Sequence record: MZ475893.1
Length of the DNA: 64,000 nt
Reading direction: 5' to 3' (one strand)
Shown here: in pieces, positions 1 to 7,969 of the stretch
Layout of the letters: every line of letters starts with the position of its first letter
Numbering within the stretch: position 1 is the stretch's first letter
Position numbers and translations under genes: made by a program
Notes under the pieces: generated by a model
Databases searched by the model: none
Told to the model about the DNA's origin: nothing
The model's input: the letters and a program-made list of their open reading frames with translations, nothing else

Positions 1-576
1 GAGCAGGCGTCCTGCGATAGTGATCGCCACACCGTTAAGCGTAGTATCAGCAGTATCAGGCGCAACGATGCGAAGCTGATCACCAGATACGAGAATGATT
101 TCCTGATCTTGGTAAGCAGCAAGCGGAGCAAATACGCCAGATTTTGAACCAGCACCGAATGAGACGGTACCAAGCTGGATAACAGCCGCAGTTGCAGAGT
201 CATACGCGCTGATCTTAAAAGCAGAAGCAGCGGTAGCAGCAACGTCGGCAGTAGCCAGAGAACCTGCAAAGTTTTTAGTGATAGCTGTTGTGCGCACAGA
301 GAGGAAACGAGAAATCTCCTGGCCACCAGCGTAACGCTTGAGCACGTTCATGCCCAAGTCGTATGGGTTGTATGATTGTAGTTGATTAACCCACTTTGCT
401 CGCACTTGGCTATACACGTATAAGCCAGGCTGGTTAGCACCAGACACAGCAGTCAGGTTCCACACGCGGCCGTTAGTCGGGCTAGCAGGGAAAGTTGGGC
501 CAGAAGAATTGGGATCACCTGGGGCACGAACAATCTGAGAGTTCACACCTGCAAGCTGTAGACCGTAAGATAACAT
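1..576 (-). CDS. Virion/fibre-associated protein, partial (3' end runs off the window edge)
   Basis: Translated by hand (not in the ORF track): ATG at 576 with GGAG RBS, open to base 1: MLSYGLQLAG...FGAGSKSGVF...LVSGDQLRIVAPDTADTTLNGVAITIAGRLL. The C-terminal part resembles a beta-sandwich seen in phage tail proteins. Confidence 0.7.
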   Translation of the reverse strand, partial: MLSYGLQLAGVNSQIVRAPGDPNSSGPTFPASPTNGRVWNLTAVSGANQPGLYVYSQVRAKWVNQLQSYNPYDLGMNVLKRYAGGQEISRFLSVRTTAITKNFAGSLATADVAATAASAFKISAYDSATAAVIQLGTVSFGAGSKSGVFAPLAAYQDQEIILVSGDQLRIVAPDTADTTLNGVAITIAGRLL

Positions 577-587
577 CAGTATTCTCC

Positions 588-809
588 TTAGGCGATTCGC
601 ACTTCACCAGTCACCGCGTACGGGAAGGTAATCTTAACAGTGTCCGAGTCAACGATGACTACATCCAGCGGCAGCACTTGATGTAACTTACCATCAGGTT
701 GCATAGTGCAAGTAGTCACGGCGACAGGACGCCCGAAGTTGTGCAGAATCGTCCATTCAGAAGCAGGCGTGTCTTGCTTGAAGCTACGCCCCATCGAATA
801 GTTGAGCAT
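588..809 (-). CDS. Small structural protein consisting of one copy of a ~60-aa fibre-associated domain
   Basis: GAGG RBS; motif F.Q..P...W.I.HN.G.......G....P..V...D......F...V.G shared with 831..1427, 1491..3110 and 5638..6462. Confidence 0.75.
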   Translation of the reverse strand: MLNYSMGRSFKQDTPASEWTILHNFGRPVAVTTCTMQPDGKLHQVLPLDVVIVDSDTVKITFPYAVTGEVRIA

Positions 810-830
810 AAGAGCCTCGCGATTGTGGCG

Positions 831-1427
831 TTAGTACAGGATTACAGTGCCAGACTCAGGATTGTCGAAGGTAATCGTCAACTGGCTGGTGCTGTCATGC
901 ACGATAGACTTAGGCTGTACTTCGTTCGCACCTTGATAGATACGCACCGCAGGGTTATAACCGAGATTATGCACAACAACCCACGTAGCCAGATTCTCAT
1001 AAGATGCAGTGAATGCAACGGTAGGAGTAGGCAGACCTGACTCAACGCCAGACAACAGTACAGCAGTACCAGCCACGGCAGAAGGGAAGAGGACAACGAT
1101 GTTGTTAGCATCATCAGCGTGAATTGAAGATGGCTGCACCACGTCACCATTCTCATCGTAGCACTGTACGATAGGCGTAGCGGTATTCATCTTGTGGTTA
1201 ATCTCCCAACGAGACGAGGCAGTAGGTTGCGAGTAGCGAACCATAGTCATCTGTTGAGTTAATGGAACCCAGACAGGAACATCTTCGATAGACACGCAGA
1301 ACATCAGACGCTTGTCCATGAAGATAGCCATACCAGGCTTAGGGTTAAGAGGCCAGTCAGTCGCTACGTCAAACGCGAAGTTAGCAAGTGAGCCAAACTC
1401 TAAATCAAGAGTCCCTAGGACTTTCAT
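831..1427 (-). CDS. Structural protein with two tandem copies of the ~60-aa fibre-associated domain
   Basis: GGAG RBS; YSQPTASSRWEINHKMN... and YENLATWVVVHNLGYNP... are clear internal duplicates. Confidence 0.8.
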   Translation of the reverse strand: MKVLGTLDLEFGSLANFAFDVATDWPLNPKPGMAIFMDKRLMFCVSIEDVPVWVPLTQQMTMVRYSQPTASSRWEINHKMNTATPIVQCYDENGDVVQPSSIHADDANNIVVLFPSAVAGTAVLLSGVESGLPTPTVAFTASYENLATWVVVHNLGYNPAVRIYQGANEVQPKSIVHDSTSQLTITFDNPESGTVILY

Positions 1428-1447
1428 AAATCTTTCTCCTGAGAGGT

Positions 1448-1477
1448 AAAAGGGGCAGGCAGAAGCCCACCCCTTTT
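1448..1477 (-). terminator. Intrinsic terminator (possibly bidirectional)
   Basis: Minus strand GGGGTGGGC-TTCT-GCCTGCCCC-TTTT downstream of 1491..3110; T-runs on both sides. Confidence 0.75.
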
Positions 1478-1490
1478 GTTTGTGTCGTTA

Positions 1491-3110
1491 TTACTCAGCC
1501 GGAGTATAAGCGTTCGCACCAGTAACGAATGCGATTGCCACTTTCTTCTCGGTGGTCAGTTCAACACGCAGCGTGTTAGCGTCAACAAACACGACCTCAT
1601 CAGGGATGATCTGATAGCCGGTATCATCAACGACGGTAACGGTACCGTATTTGACGCCTGCATTGTGTGCGAAGGTGTGAGTGGTATTAGCCACGTCACC
1701 GCTTGCAGTTTTGTCGTACTGGTACAGCTTAGCAGCAGAACCGCTTGAGCCAGCAGCAATCGCATCGTCAACATATTTCTTGCTGACAACAGACTCATCA
1801 ACCAGCGCTTCGGTGCCGGTCAGAGTAAGGGCTTCGACAGCGCCGCCTTCACCAGCGATGAAACCAGCGCTTTTTAAGGCGTCTTGGTCCACGATGATTT
1901 TGCTGTTGGTAGTGTCCTGTTTCAGGCCAGTACCCAGAGCAGCGCCTGCGATCTGCGCATAACCAACGCCACCGTCAGTGATTGCCAGACCATCAGCAGT
2001 ACGTGACAGAGTAGCGCCGTCCAGCTTAACGCGAGTAGCACCAGCGTTATCCTCAAGGCCACCAGCAGCGTCCAGATTAGCAGTAACAGCGTTGCCTGTA
2101 ATTTCGATACCAGCACCAGTAACCACGTTAACGACGTTAGCAGCTTTCTCCAAACCGTTACCGGCGTTGAAGTCAGAAGCGCCGCCGAAGGTAGTCCACT
2201 GAGTAGCGTCGAAGCGACGGTATTCTTTGATGCTCTTAACCCACGTTACAGCACCACCAGCTTCGCTGTCGGCTGGGTTGAATACAACAACGAACGCAGT
2301 GCCATTGTAACGCACGATAGCGTTATCAACCAGGCCGCTGATAGTACCGAAGTTCGGGTTAACAGTGTCTGCATCGAGGATGATGTACTGCTTACCGTTC
2401 TCCAGCACAGGGTCGAGGGTGCCGTCAGTCTGAATGTCATCAGAATCGTGCAGCCAATCGATACCAGCGATAGCGTTGTCAATGTCGATCTTACGAGCGG
2501 CATCGTTCGCGTTTGCAGGCGCGGCCAGGTTGGTGATGGTGTTACCGTCAGCGTTCAGGTCACCAGTCAGAACACCAGCGCCTGCGTCCAGCTTACCTGC
2601 CAGAGCAGTTTCGTTGGCGTCAGATTTGTTCTTGACTGCGGTGATCTGAGTCTGGATAGAAGAGGTAGCACCCTTCAAATAACCCAGTTCAGTTGCAGTA
2701 ACATCGCTGGTTTCCAGAGTGCTGTCAGCGCCTGCAAACACAACGGCGTTTTCAGTCAGGCCAGACAGTTTATCCTGCTTACCACTGATAACGGTTTCAA
2801 CGTGCTTCTTACTAACAGCAGCGTTATCTTCTGACGCGCTCTGGTCTGGACCAGACAGCAGCAGATCGGCAGTCATGGCTACGGTACCGTCAGCGAGGAT
2901 AACACCCTCTACAGAACCACCGCCTTCACCCAGCTCTTTGATTGCCGTACCGTCGAAGTATTTATACTTCTTGTCTGTGGTGTTATACCACATGCGCCCT
3001 TCCTGTGCGGCAACCAAGTCACCTACAGCAGGGTCAGCGGCAAGTTGTTCCGGGCGGAAGTTCTTGAGCTGGGCACCTAACATCAGTTCAATATTACCAG
3101 TACGCATCAT
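1491..3110 (-). CDS. Fibre-like virion protein (Gly/Ala/Asp-rich, fibre knob repeats, C-terminal ~60-aa domain)
   Basis: 539 aa; KKHVETV, AARKIDID and SKKYVDDAI are typical fibre K.YVD-type motifs; the C-terminus carries the shared domain. Confidence 0.75.
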   Translation of the reverse strand: MMRTGNIELMLGAQLKNFRPEQLAADPAVGDLVAAQEGRMWYNTTDKKYKYFDGTAIKELGEGGGSVEGVILADGTVAMTADLLLSGPDQSASEDNAAVSKKHVETVISGKQDKLSGLTENAVVFAGADSTLETSDVTATELGYLKGATSSIQTQITAVKNKSDANETALAGKLDAGAGVLTGDLNADGNTITNLAAPANANDAARKIDIDNAIAGIDWLHDSDDIQTDGTLDPVLENGKQYIILDADTVNPNFGTISGLVDNAIVRYNGTAFVVVFNPADSEAGGAVTWVKSIKEYRRFDATQWTTFGGASDFNAGNGLEKAANVVNVVTGAGIEITGNAVTANLDAAGGLEDNAGATRVKLDGATLSRTADGLAITDGGVGYAQIAGAALGTGLKQDTTNSKIIVDQDALKSAGFIAGEGGAVEALTLTGTEALVDESVVSKKYVDDAIAAGSSGSAAKLYQYDKTASGDVANTTHTFAHNAGVKYGTVTVVDDTGYQIIPDEVVFVDANTLRVELTTEKKVAIAFVTGANAYTPAE

Positions 3111-3131
3111 GTTCTCCTAGTGCGTGGGGGA

Positions 3132-3875
3132 TTAGAAAAACTGACCGTCACATTCACCAAGACTGCAACGCAGTTCCTGGTATGCAGCGATCCGTTGTTC
3201 AATTACATTAATAAACTTGTCATCAATATCATACTTCACACGAAGCGGAGCATCATATCCTTCTAAGAGGCCGTGACGTCGATACGCATCTGCACGGAGC
3301 AGCGGTGCGCTAACGTGAGCACGTTCCATAATGCTTAAATCTATCTTATCGGCATAGATGAACGGCCGCTCTCGTTTACACAGAAGGTAATCGATCTCGT
3401 GTAAATTAAAGAGTGTGAAATTCATATAGCCAATAATGAACTCCGCAATCAAACGAAAACTATCTGCCATATCTGCACTCAGATTGTGAGCGAGTATGGG
3501 TTCTATGTGTGGTTGCAGTTCAGTACGCATGTCGTACCAAGCTTCACACAGAACAGCAGGGAAGTCTTCAGGGTGAGCGGCCATAAGACCCATCACCCCT
3601 TTCTCCATATCTGCGAATGAGCTTAAAAGATTAGCGGTATCTTCAGGTGTTTCAATACCGCGACCCGTTGAAATGAACTGGCATTCAATTTCTCTCAACC
3701 AAGACTCGGACGCAGATAGGTATTGGAGAAGTGTCTCCCGAGCGCCAGCCGAAAACTCATGTCGATCAGACTCAAGAGCCTGGTCCAACAAGAAGGCTTT
3801 AGCTTTGTAGAAGTCACTATAGCGTTCAGCGGTAAAGCGGCGGAACGCTATATTATTTCTCAAATAGCCTATCAT
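3132..3875 (-). CDS. Hypothetical all-alpha protein
   Basis: 247-aa ORF with a 4-nt overlap to the upstream gene; no recognised motif. Confidence 0.65.
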   Translation of the reverse strand: MIGYLRNNIAFRRFTAERYSDFYKAKAFLLDQALESDRHEFSAGARETLLQYLSASESWLREIECQFISTGRGIETPEDTANLLSSFADMEKGVMGLMAAHPEDFPAVLCEAWYDMRTELQPHIEPILAHNLSADMADSFRLIAEFIIGYMNFTLFNLHEIDYLLCKRERPFIYADKIDLSIMERAHVSAPLLRADAYRRHGLLEGYDAPLRVKYDIDDKFINVIEQRIAAYQELRCSLGECDGQFF

Positions 3876-4375
3876 CGCAATTTCCTCAGATCATTCGACT
3901 CCGAAGCGCCTAAGCCGGGCGGAGCCGTATACAACGAACTGGAGAGGCTCTGCAATCTTAGCCCTAGCTTCTCTAGCTCATGTTGATTACCATCAAGACG
4001 GCCTAACACTTCACGCATTAGGTCAACTGACTCCTGATGGTCACGGGACTGCTGTGATATAATCCGCTCAAACCGCTGAACTGCTCGAAGAACTGAGTTC
4101 AATCCCTCTTTAAGATCTATATTGTCGACCTGCGTGGTTTCCGAAAACTCATTAAGGGCTTTGAGGACCTGCGCTAGTTCTGCTTCTAGTGACTCACCAT
4201 CGAGCACTACGGGATTTGCTTCTAACTCGGCTAACTTCTCTTTGACCCGTTCATAGTCCTGCATGTCGGGAATGACTTTCCACCAGTAAAAGCCAGCTCC
4301 TGCAATGAGAAGAACTACTGACAGGACAGTTGCGAAGTTGGACGCAAGCACTTGTCCTAGTATTTCAGCCCACAT
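3872..4375 (-). CDS. Single-pass membrane protein with coiled-coil C-terminus (holin/lysis-accessory candidate)
   Basis: N-terminal hydrophobic helix FATVLSVVLLIAGAGFYWW followed by heptad-rich sequence. Confidence 0.6.
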   Translation of the reverse strand: MWAEILGQVLASNFATVLSVVLLIAGAGFYWWKVIPDMQDYERVKEKLAELEANPVVLDGESLEAELAQVLKALNEFSETTQVDNIDLKEGLNSVLRAVQRFERIISQQSRDHQESVDLMREVLGRLDGNQHELEKLGLRLQSLSSSLYTAPPGLGASESNDLRKLR

Positions 4376-4380
4376 TTCTT

Positions 4381-4665
4381 CTAACCCTTACAGGCTCGGT
4401 CATTGAGTTCGATAATAACTCGCTGTGCGCCTGGTTCGTTTACATCAGTGGTTTTATACGTGTGCGCCATCTTTGGCTTGAACTCTAAGCAGCTCTGTCC
4501 GTATCGTCCGTCAACGACGCAGATAGCAGACAGGCAGCTCACATCTTCCTTGAGGATTCTCGATTCAGGATCTGGGTTGACACTTCTAACGGCCGTGACA
4601 ATAAGCGACACAAAGGCCAAGGCAATGCCAACCAAAATCACAATCTTGATTTTCCCGGCGTTCAT
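4381..4665 (-). CDS. Small membrane-anchored periplasmic protein with four Cys
   Basis: KIKIVILVGIALAFVSLIVTAV anchor, then 4 Cys; preceded by a GCTAATTT motif. Confidence 0.65.
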   Translation of the reverse strand: MNAGKIKIVILVGIALAFVSLIVTAVRSVNPDPESRILKEDVSCLSAICVVDGRYGQSCLEFKPKMAHTYKTTDVNEPGAQRVIIELNDRACKG

Positions 4666-4696
4666 TTCGCTCTATCCAGTTGAATTTTGATAGGAG

Positions 4697-4704
4697 AAAT
4701 TAGC
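4697..4704 (-). promoter_or_regulatory. Candidate late promoter motif GCTAATTT
   Basis: Exact copy 32 nt upstream of the 4665 start; the motif recurs before other genes in the window. Confidence 0.5.
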
Positions 4705-4726
4705 GACCGCGCAGATCCTAAACGGG

Positions 4727-5764
4727 TTATTCATCCAATACTCCACTTATATCTTGGAACATGTTTTTATACACGAGGCTACCTCCAAGTTTGTCCAGTC
4801 GTTCAATCGAAACATACATGTGCGGTTCTGTATTCACCTGTGCCCACTTGTTGTCTGTGCTCAGGTTTTCCAAAGAAGGAATAAGAACGATGCTCAAGTT
4901 ATCAGAAGCCCTAACGAAAGCCACATCGATATGATTCTTATTGATTCGAATGATGTATCGGTTGATTGCGTCCAAACCAACCGTGCGATTGAACTCTACA
5001 TCACTGACTGTATTCACCAAACTAATAAGGAAGCCTTTCGGGCGACTGTTTATGTCGAACAGAGAACTCTTCAACTCAGAGAGGGTAGTAGCCGAAAAGT
5101 GTTGAACATCATGGCCCTTGCCTCTTAGACACTCACCCAAGATGCGACTCGATTCAATGTGCGCGGTGTTGTCATCACGCATGATATAAATCGGTGCACC
5201 TCTGTTGTATGTGCGCTCGGTAATCTGCTGTATCAGGTCGCACGTAGGCTCCGTAACAGTAGACAGGCCTTTATACGCAATAACAAACTTGTCCTTGTAC
5301 AGGTCGTAAATCTCAGGCGGCATGTACTTCATGTAATCGTCATCAAGGCTCAAGATCAATCGAGGCTTAACTAGAGGAATCACAAGCTGCACAGATCGCA
5401 GAGCGTCCTTGTACTCCGTGTCAGATAGCACACGGTTGATTGGCAGGTACTGCACAGTCACATACGGGTCAGAGCCTGTATCGACGATAGAGCGAACGGC
5501 TGTGCTGCCTACATTAGGACCTGCGGAGAACTGAGTGATAATCATCAAACTGTTTTGGCCTAAGCCACCGCCACCAGCAACTGTAGTAGCACTACCATCT
5601 GCATTCTGGACTGTCTTAGAGCGCGTCAGCGTTGGCGCTACTCGGTCGTCTCGTCCGTTATCGGCATATACATTAACTGCGCAACACCAGAGACAGCTTC
5701 CAAGAACGTAAGCAGCAATACGTTGTCGGGATCTGCGTCTGCCGGGTTGACGGTGTCCGGCCAT
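4727..5764 (-). CDS. Putative exported protein (alpha/beta, substrate-binding-like); start uncertain
   Basis: 345-aa ORF; the N-terminus looks like a signal peptide (RRRSRQR, hydrophobic stretch, VYA-D) but overlaps the upstream gene by 127 nt; alternative start at Met74 (5545). Confidence 0.6.
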   Translation of the reverse strand: MAGHRQPGRRRSRQRIAAYVLGSCLWCCAVNVYADNGRDDRVAPTLTRSKTVQNADGSATTVAGGGGLGQNSLMIITQFSAGPNVGSTAVRSIVDTGSDPYVTVQYLPINRVLSDTEYKDALRSVQLVIPLVKPRLILSLDDDYMKYMPPEIYDLYKDKFVIAYKGLSTVTEPTCDLIQQITERTYNRGAPIYIMRDDNTAHIESSRILGECLRGKGHDVQHFSATTLSELKSSLFDINSRPKGFLISLVNTVSDVEFNRTVGLDAINRYIIRINKNHIDVAFVRASDNLSIVLIPSLENLSTDNKWAQVNTEPHMYVSIERLDKLGGSLVYKNMFQDISGVLDE

Positions 5765-6462
5765 AATACTTCTCCTTTCTCGTCAGTGACATAAGGAATA
5801 CCGGCGCCTTTACCCAATCCATGACGTAAGGCCCATACGGTGTCGGCATTCTCTTGAACGAACACAAGACCATGCACCTGTGCTTTATCCCCTGTCTGCT
5901 CAAGCGCTGTCACACGACTATCGAGTAACTGCGTTTGCGATTGGAGAGCACGAATCGATGCAAGGTTGGAGTTAACACGCGTGTTCATATTGTTGAACAT
6001 GGTGAAGAAGCTGTTGTTCATCGCAGTACGGACGCTGTCCGTGTACGACTTAGGAATCAGCTCATTGCTGTCAAACGTTGTTGCGCCCGGTCGAACGAAT
6101 ACCTTACCTTGAAGTGTACCGCCGCTCGCACTGATAATCTGAGGTGCAGGCAGATCAGCTGCATCCCAAGTCTGAACAGTGTTCATCACAGTAGCGTAGT
6201 CCGTTTCCTCCTGCCACGTATTCTTGTACGGGCTGGTGGCTGTTTTAGACTTGCGGCGTAACACTTTCTTGTAGCTGGCGTTGGCACCATCAGCAATGAT
6301 CCAGAGACCGTTCAGAGGGAATGTATGCGTAACAGGTTCAGCAAACGCCAGTATGATAATGACGTCCGCTCCCACCTTATACACAATATCATTCGACGCC
6401 GAAAGTCCCTGCTGTTGCGCAAGGCTTACGAGCGTGTCCACATAGTTAGTCAACTGGCTCAT
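5638..6462 (-). CDS. Structural protein with coiled coil and C-terminal ~60-aa fibre-associated domain
   Basis: LDSRVTALE fibre-type coiled-coil motif; FVQENADTVWALRHGLG...WPDTV domain copy. Confidence 0.75.
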   Translation of the reverse strand: MSQLTNYVDTLVSLAQQQGLSASNDIVYKVGADVIIILAFAEPVTHTFPLNGLWIIADGANASYKKVLRRKSKTATSPYKNTWQEETDYATVMNTVQTWDAADLPAPQIISASGGTLQGKVFVRPGATTFDSNELIPKSYTDSVRTAMNNSFFTMFNNMNTRVNSNLASIRALQSQTQLLDSRVTALEQTGDKAQVHGLVFVQENADTVWALRHGLGKGAGIPYVTDEKGEVLWPDTVNPADADPDNVLLLTFLEAVSGVAQLMYMPITDETTE

Positions 6463-6922
6463 CCGAAACTCCTAAGGTTTTTAGAATTGAAGAACTTCTA
6501 TCGGAGAAGGCTTTTGCAATTGACTTAGCAGCAGCCTTATCGATAACGATTGTGCTGATAACGCCTTTGGTGTTGCATACGATTGTTTGAGGAGCGTAGT
6601 CAACACAAGCCAAGGCGAATAGCAGATGATTACCGAGTTCACCGCTGATACAAACGTCTACGTCGAGGTCAGGCACGTAAACGTTCTGGTTAATCTCAGA
6701 AATAAACTGCGCCAGCGCAACGGGATCAAACTTAGGAGGCGCTGTATCGTATTCCGCAATCAAGTCAATCTGTTTGGTTGCGGGATCGTATTCAAATGCG
6801 TTAATGTCCGAGATGATACGACCAAAGAGTTCGTTGCTTACTTCAATGCAATACTCATCAGACTTCTCACGGACGCGACCAACTACCTTGTTAGTCGCTG
6901 GGTTGATACGAATGATTGGCAT
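6446..6922 (-). CDS. Hypothetical protein, possibly a fibre assembly chaperone
   Basis: 158 aa, tightly coupled to a collagen fibre gene; function inferred from position only. Confidence 0.6.
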   Translation of the reverse strand: MPIIRINPATNKVVGRVREKSDEYCIEVSNELFGRIISDINAFEYDPATKQIDLIAEYDTAPPKFDPVALAQFISEINQNVYVPDLDVDVCISGELGNHLLFALACVDYAPQTIVCNTKGVISTIVIDKAAAKSIAKAFSDRSSSILKTLGVSDEPVD

Positions 6923-6924
6923 AA

Positions 6925-7746
6925 TTAGTCGCCCTCTGCACTATACCAGAAGTCCCAGCCGACAACGTTTGTGCCAGTAGACTTAATGGTGAAGCCCCCC
7001 AACAGGGCGTTCTCGTTCATCGCACTTGTACCGTCCAGATTATACAGCTGGAAGGTCCGAGATTGATTGGTTGCAGTATTGACGAACGTGATTTGCACAG
7101 ACACACAGCGGTTGATGAACGGGCTGTTGAAGATAACGTTAATCGTATCAGTAGTGGATGTATTCACCACACGACCAAAGTTCTTCGTGTAACCAGTGTT
7201 CAGATCGCGGTCGCTACCAATCCATGCGTTAGGAATAGGCTGACCTGTGATAGGGTCAAGCGCTTGTGCTACGAGATACTCATTGATAGCAGCATCACGT
7301 CCTGCATTACCAGTAGGACCAGTTGGGCCAGTAGGACCCACACCACCTGTGTTACCTGTAGCGCCGACAGGGCCTGTGTTACCAGTAGGACCTTGACGGC
7401 CACGCTGACCACGAGGGCCAGGGCAACCGTCTTCACCATCAGCACCATCACGACCATCAGCACCAGGCAGGCCACGTAGACCGTCTTTACCCTGCTTACC
7501 TTCCTTGCCTGACTTCAACTGGTCAGCAGTAGGCAGGCCAGGCACTGTGCTCTGACTGCCGTCTGGCCATACAATAGTAAGCGTACCACTCACTGGGTCG
7601 AACTGTACGCCTTGTGATCCCGGAATGTTAGCTGCCTCTGTAGGGTCAATAAACGCAACAGAGTTCAGCGTTTGTTTGCCGAGAACTTTACCGACAGGAA
7701 ATGCACCGCCATCGATTAGTCCCGGACTTATTTTCTGCAAAGACAT
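6925..7746 (-). CDS. Collagen-like fibre protein
   Basis: Long G-X-Y run (GKEGKQGKDGLRGLPGADGRDG...[10 protein letters not shown]) plus a C-terminal beta domain. Confidence 0.85.
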   Translation of the reverse strand: MSLQKISPGLIDGGAFPVGKVLGKQTLNSVAFIDPTEAANIPGSQGVQFDPVSGTLTIVWPDGSQSTVPGLPTADQLKSGKEGKQGKDGLRGLPGADGRDGADGEDGCPGPRGQRGRQGPTGNTGPVGATGNTGGVGPTGPTGPTGNAGRDAAINEYLVAQALDPITGQPIPNAWIGSDRDLNTGYTKNFGRVVNTSTTDTINVIFNSPFINRCVSVQITFVNTATNQSRTFQLYNLDGTSAMNENALLGGFTIKSTGTNVVGWDFWYSAEGD

Positions 7747-7756
7747 GGGCTAGCTC

Positions 7757-7960
7757 CTAACCAGTCAGTGTTGTCCAATCAGGTTGGCCTGATTGACCCG
7801 CTTCGGGATTCTTAACTTTCGTGTTGTTGATTGTCATACGAATCCAACGCACAGTACCGTCAGAATCCTGCCAGCGAATCTTCGTTCCACCGTATGCTAA
7901 ATTAGCTACCCATCTGTCTCTGCTAGGGTCTTTGAAAGCAAGACGTGCATAAGCAGGCAT
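7757..7960 (-). CDS. Small fibre-associated protein
   Basis: GGAG RBS; Trp-rich pattern resembles the N-terminus of 10887..12908. Confidence 0.65.
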   Translation of the reverse strand: MPAYARLAFKDPSRDRWVANLAYGGTKIRWQDSDGTVRWIRMTINNTKVKNPEAGQSGQPDWTTLTG

Positions 7961-7969
7961 AAGTTCTCC

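Noticed and set aside
7899-7906. Exact GCTAATTT inside the 67-aa gene
   Set aside because: Coding (ANL) and ~150 nt from the next start, outside the 24-46 nt range; may be chance or an internal promoter.
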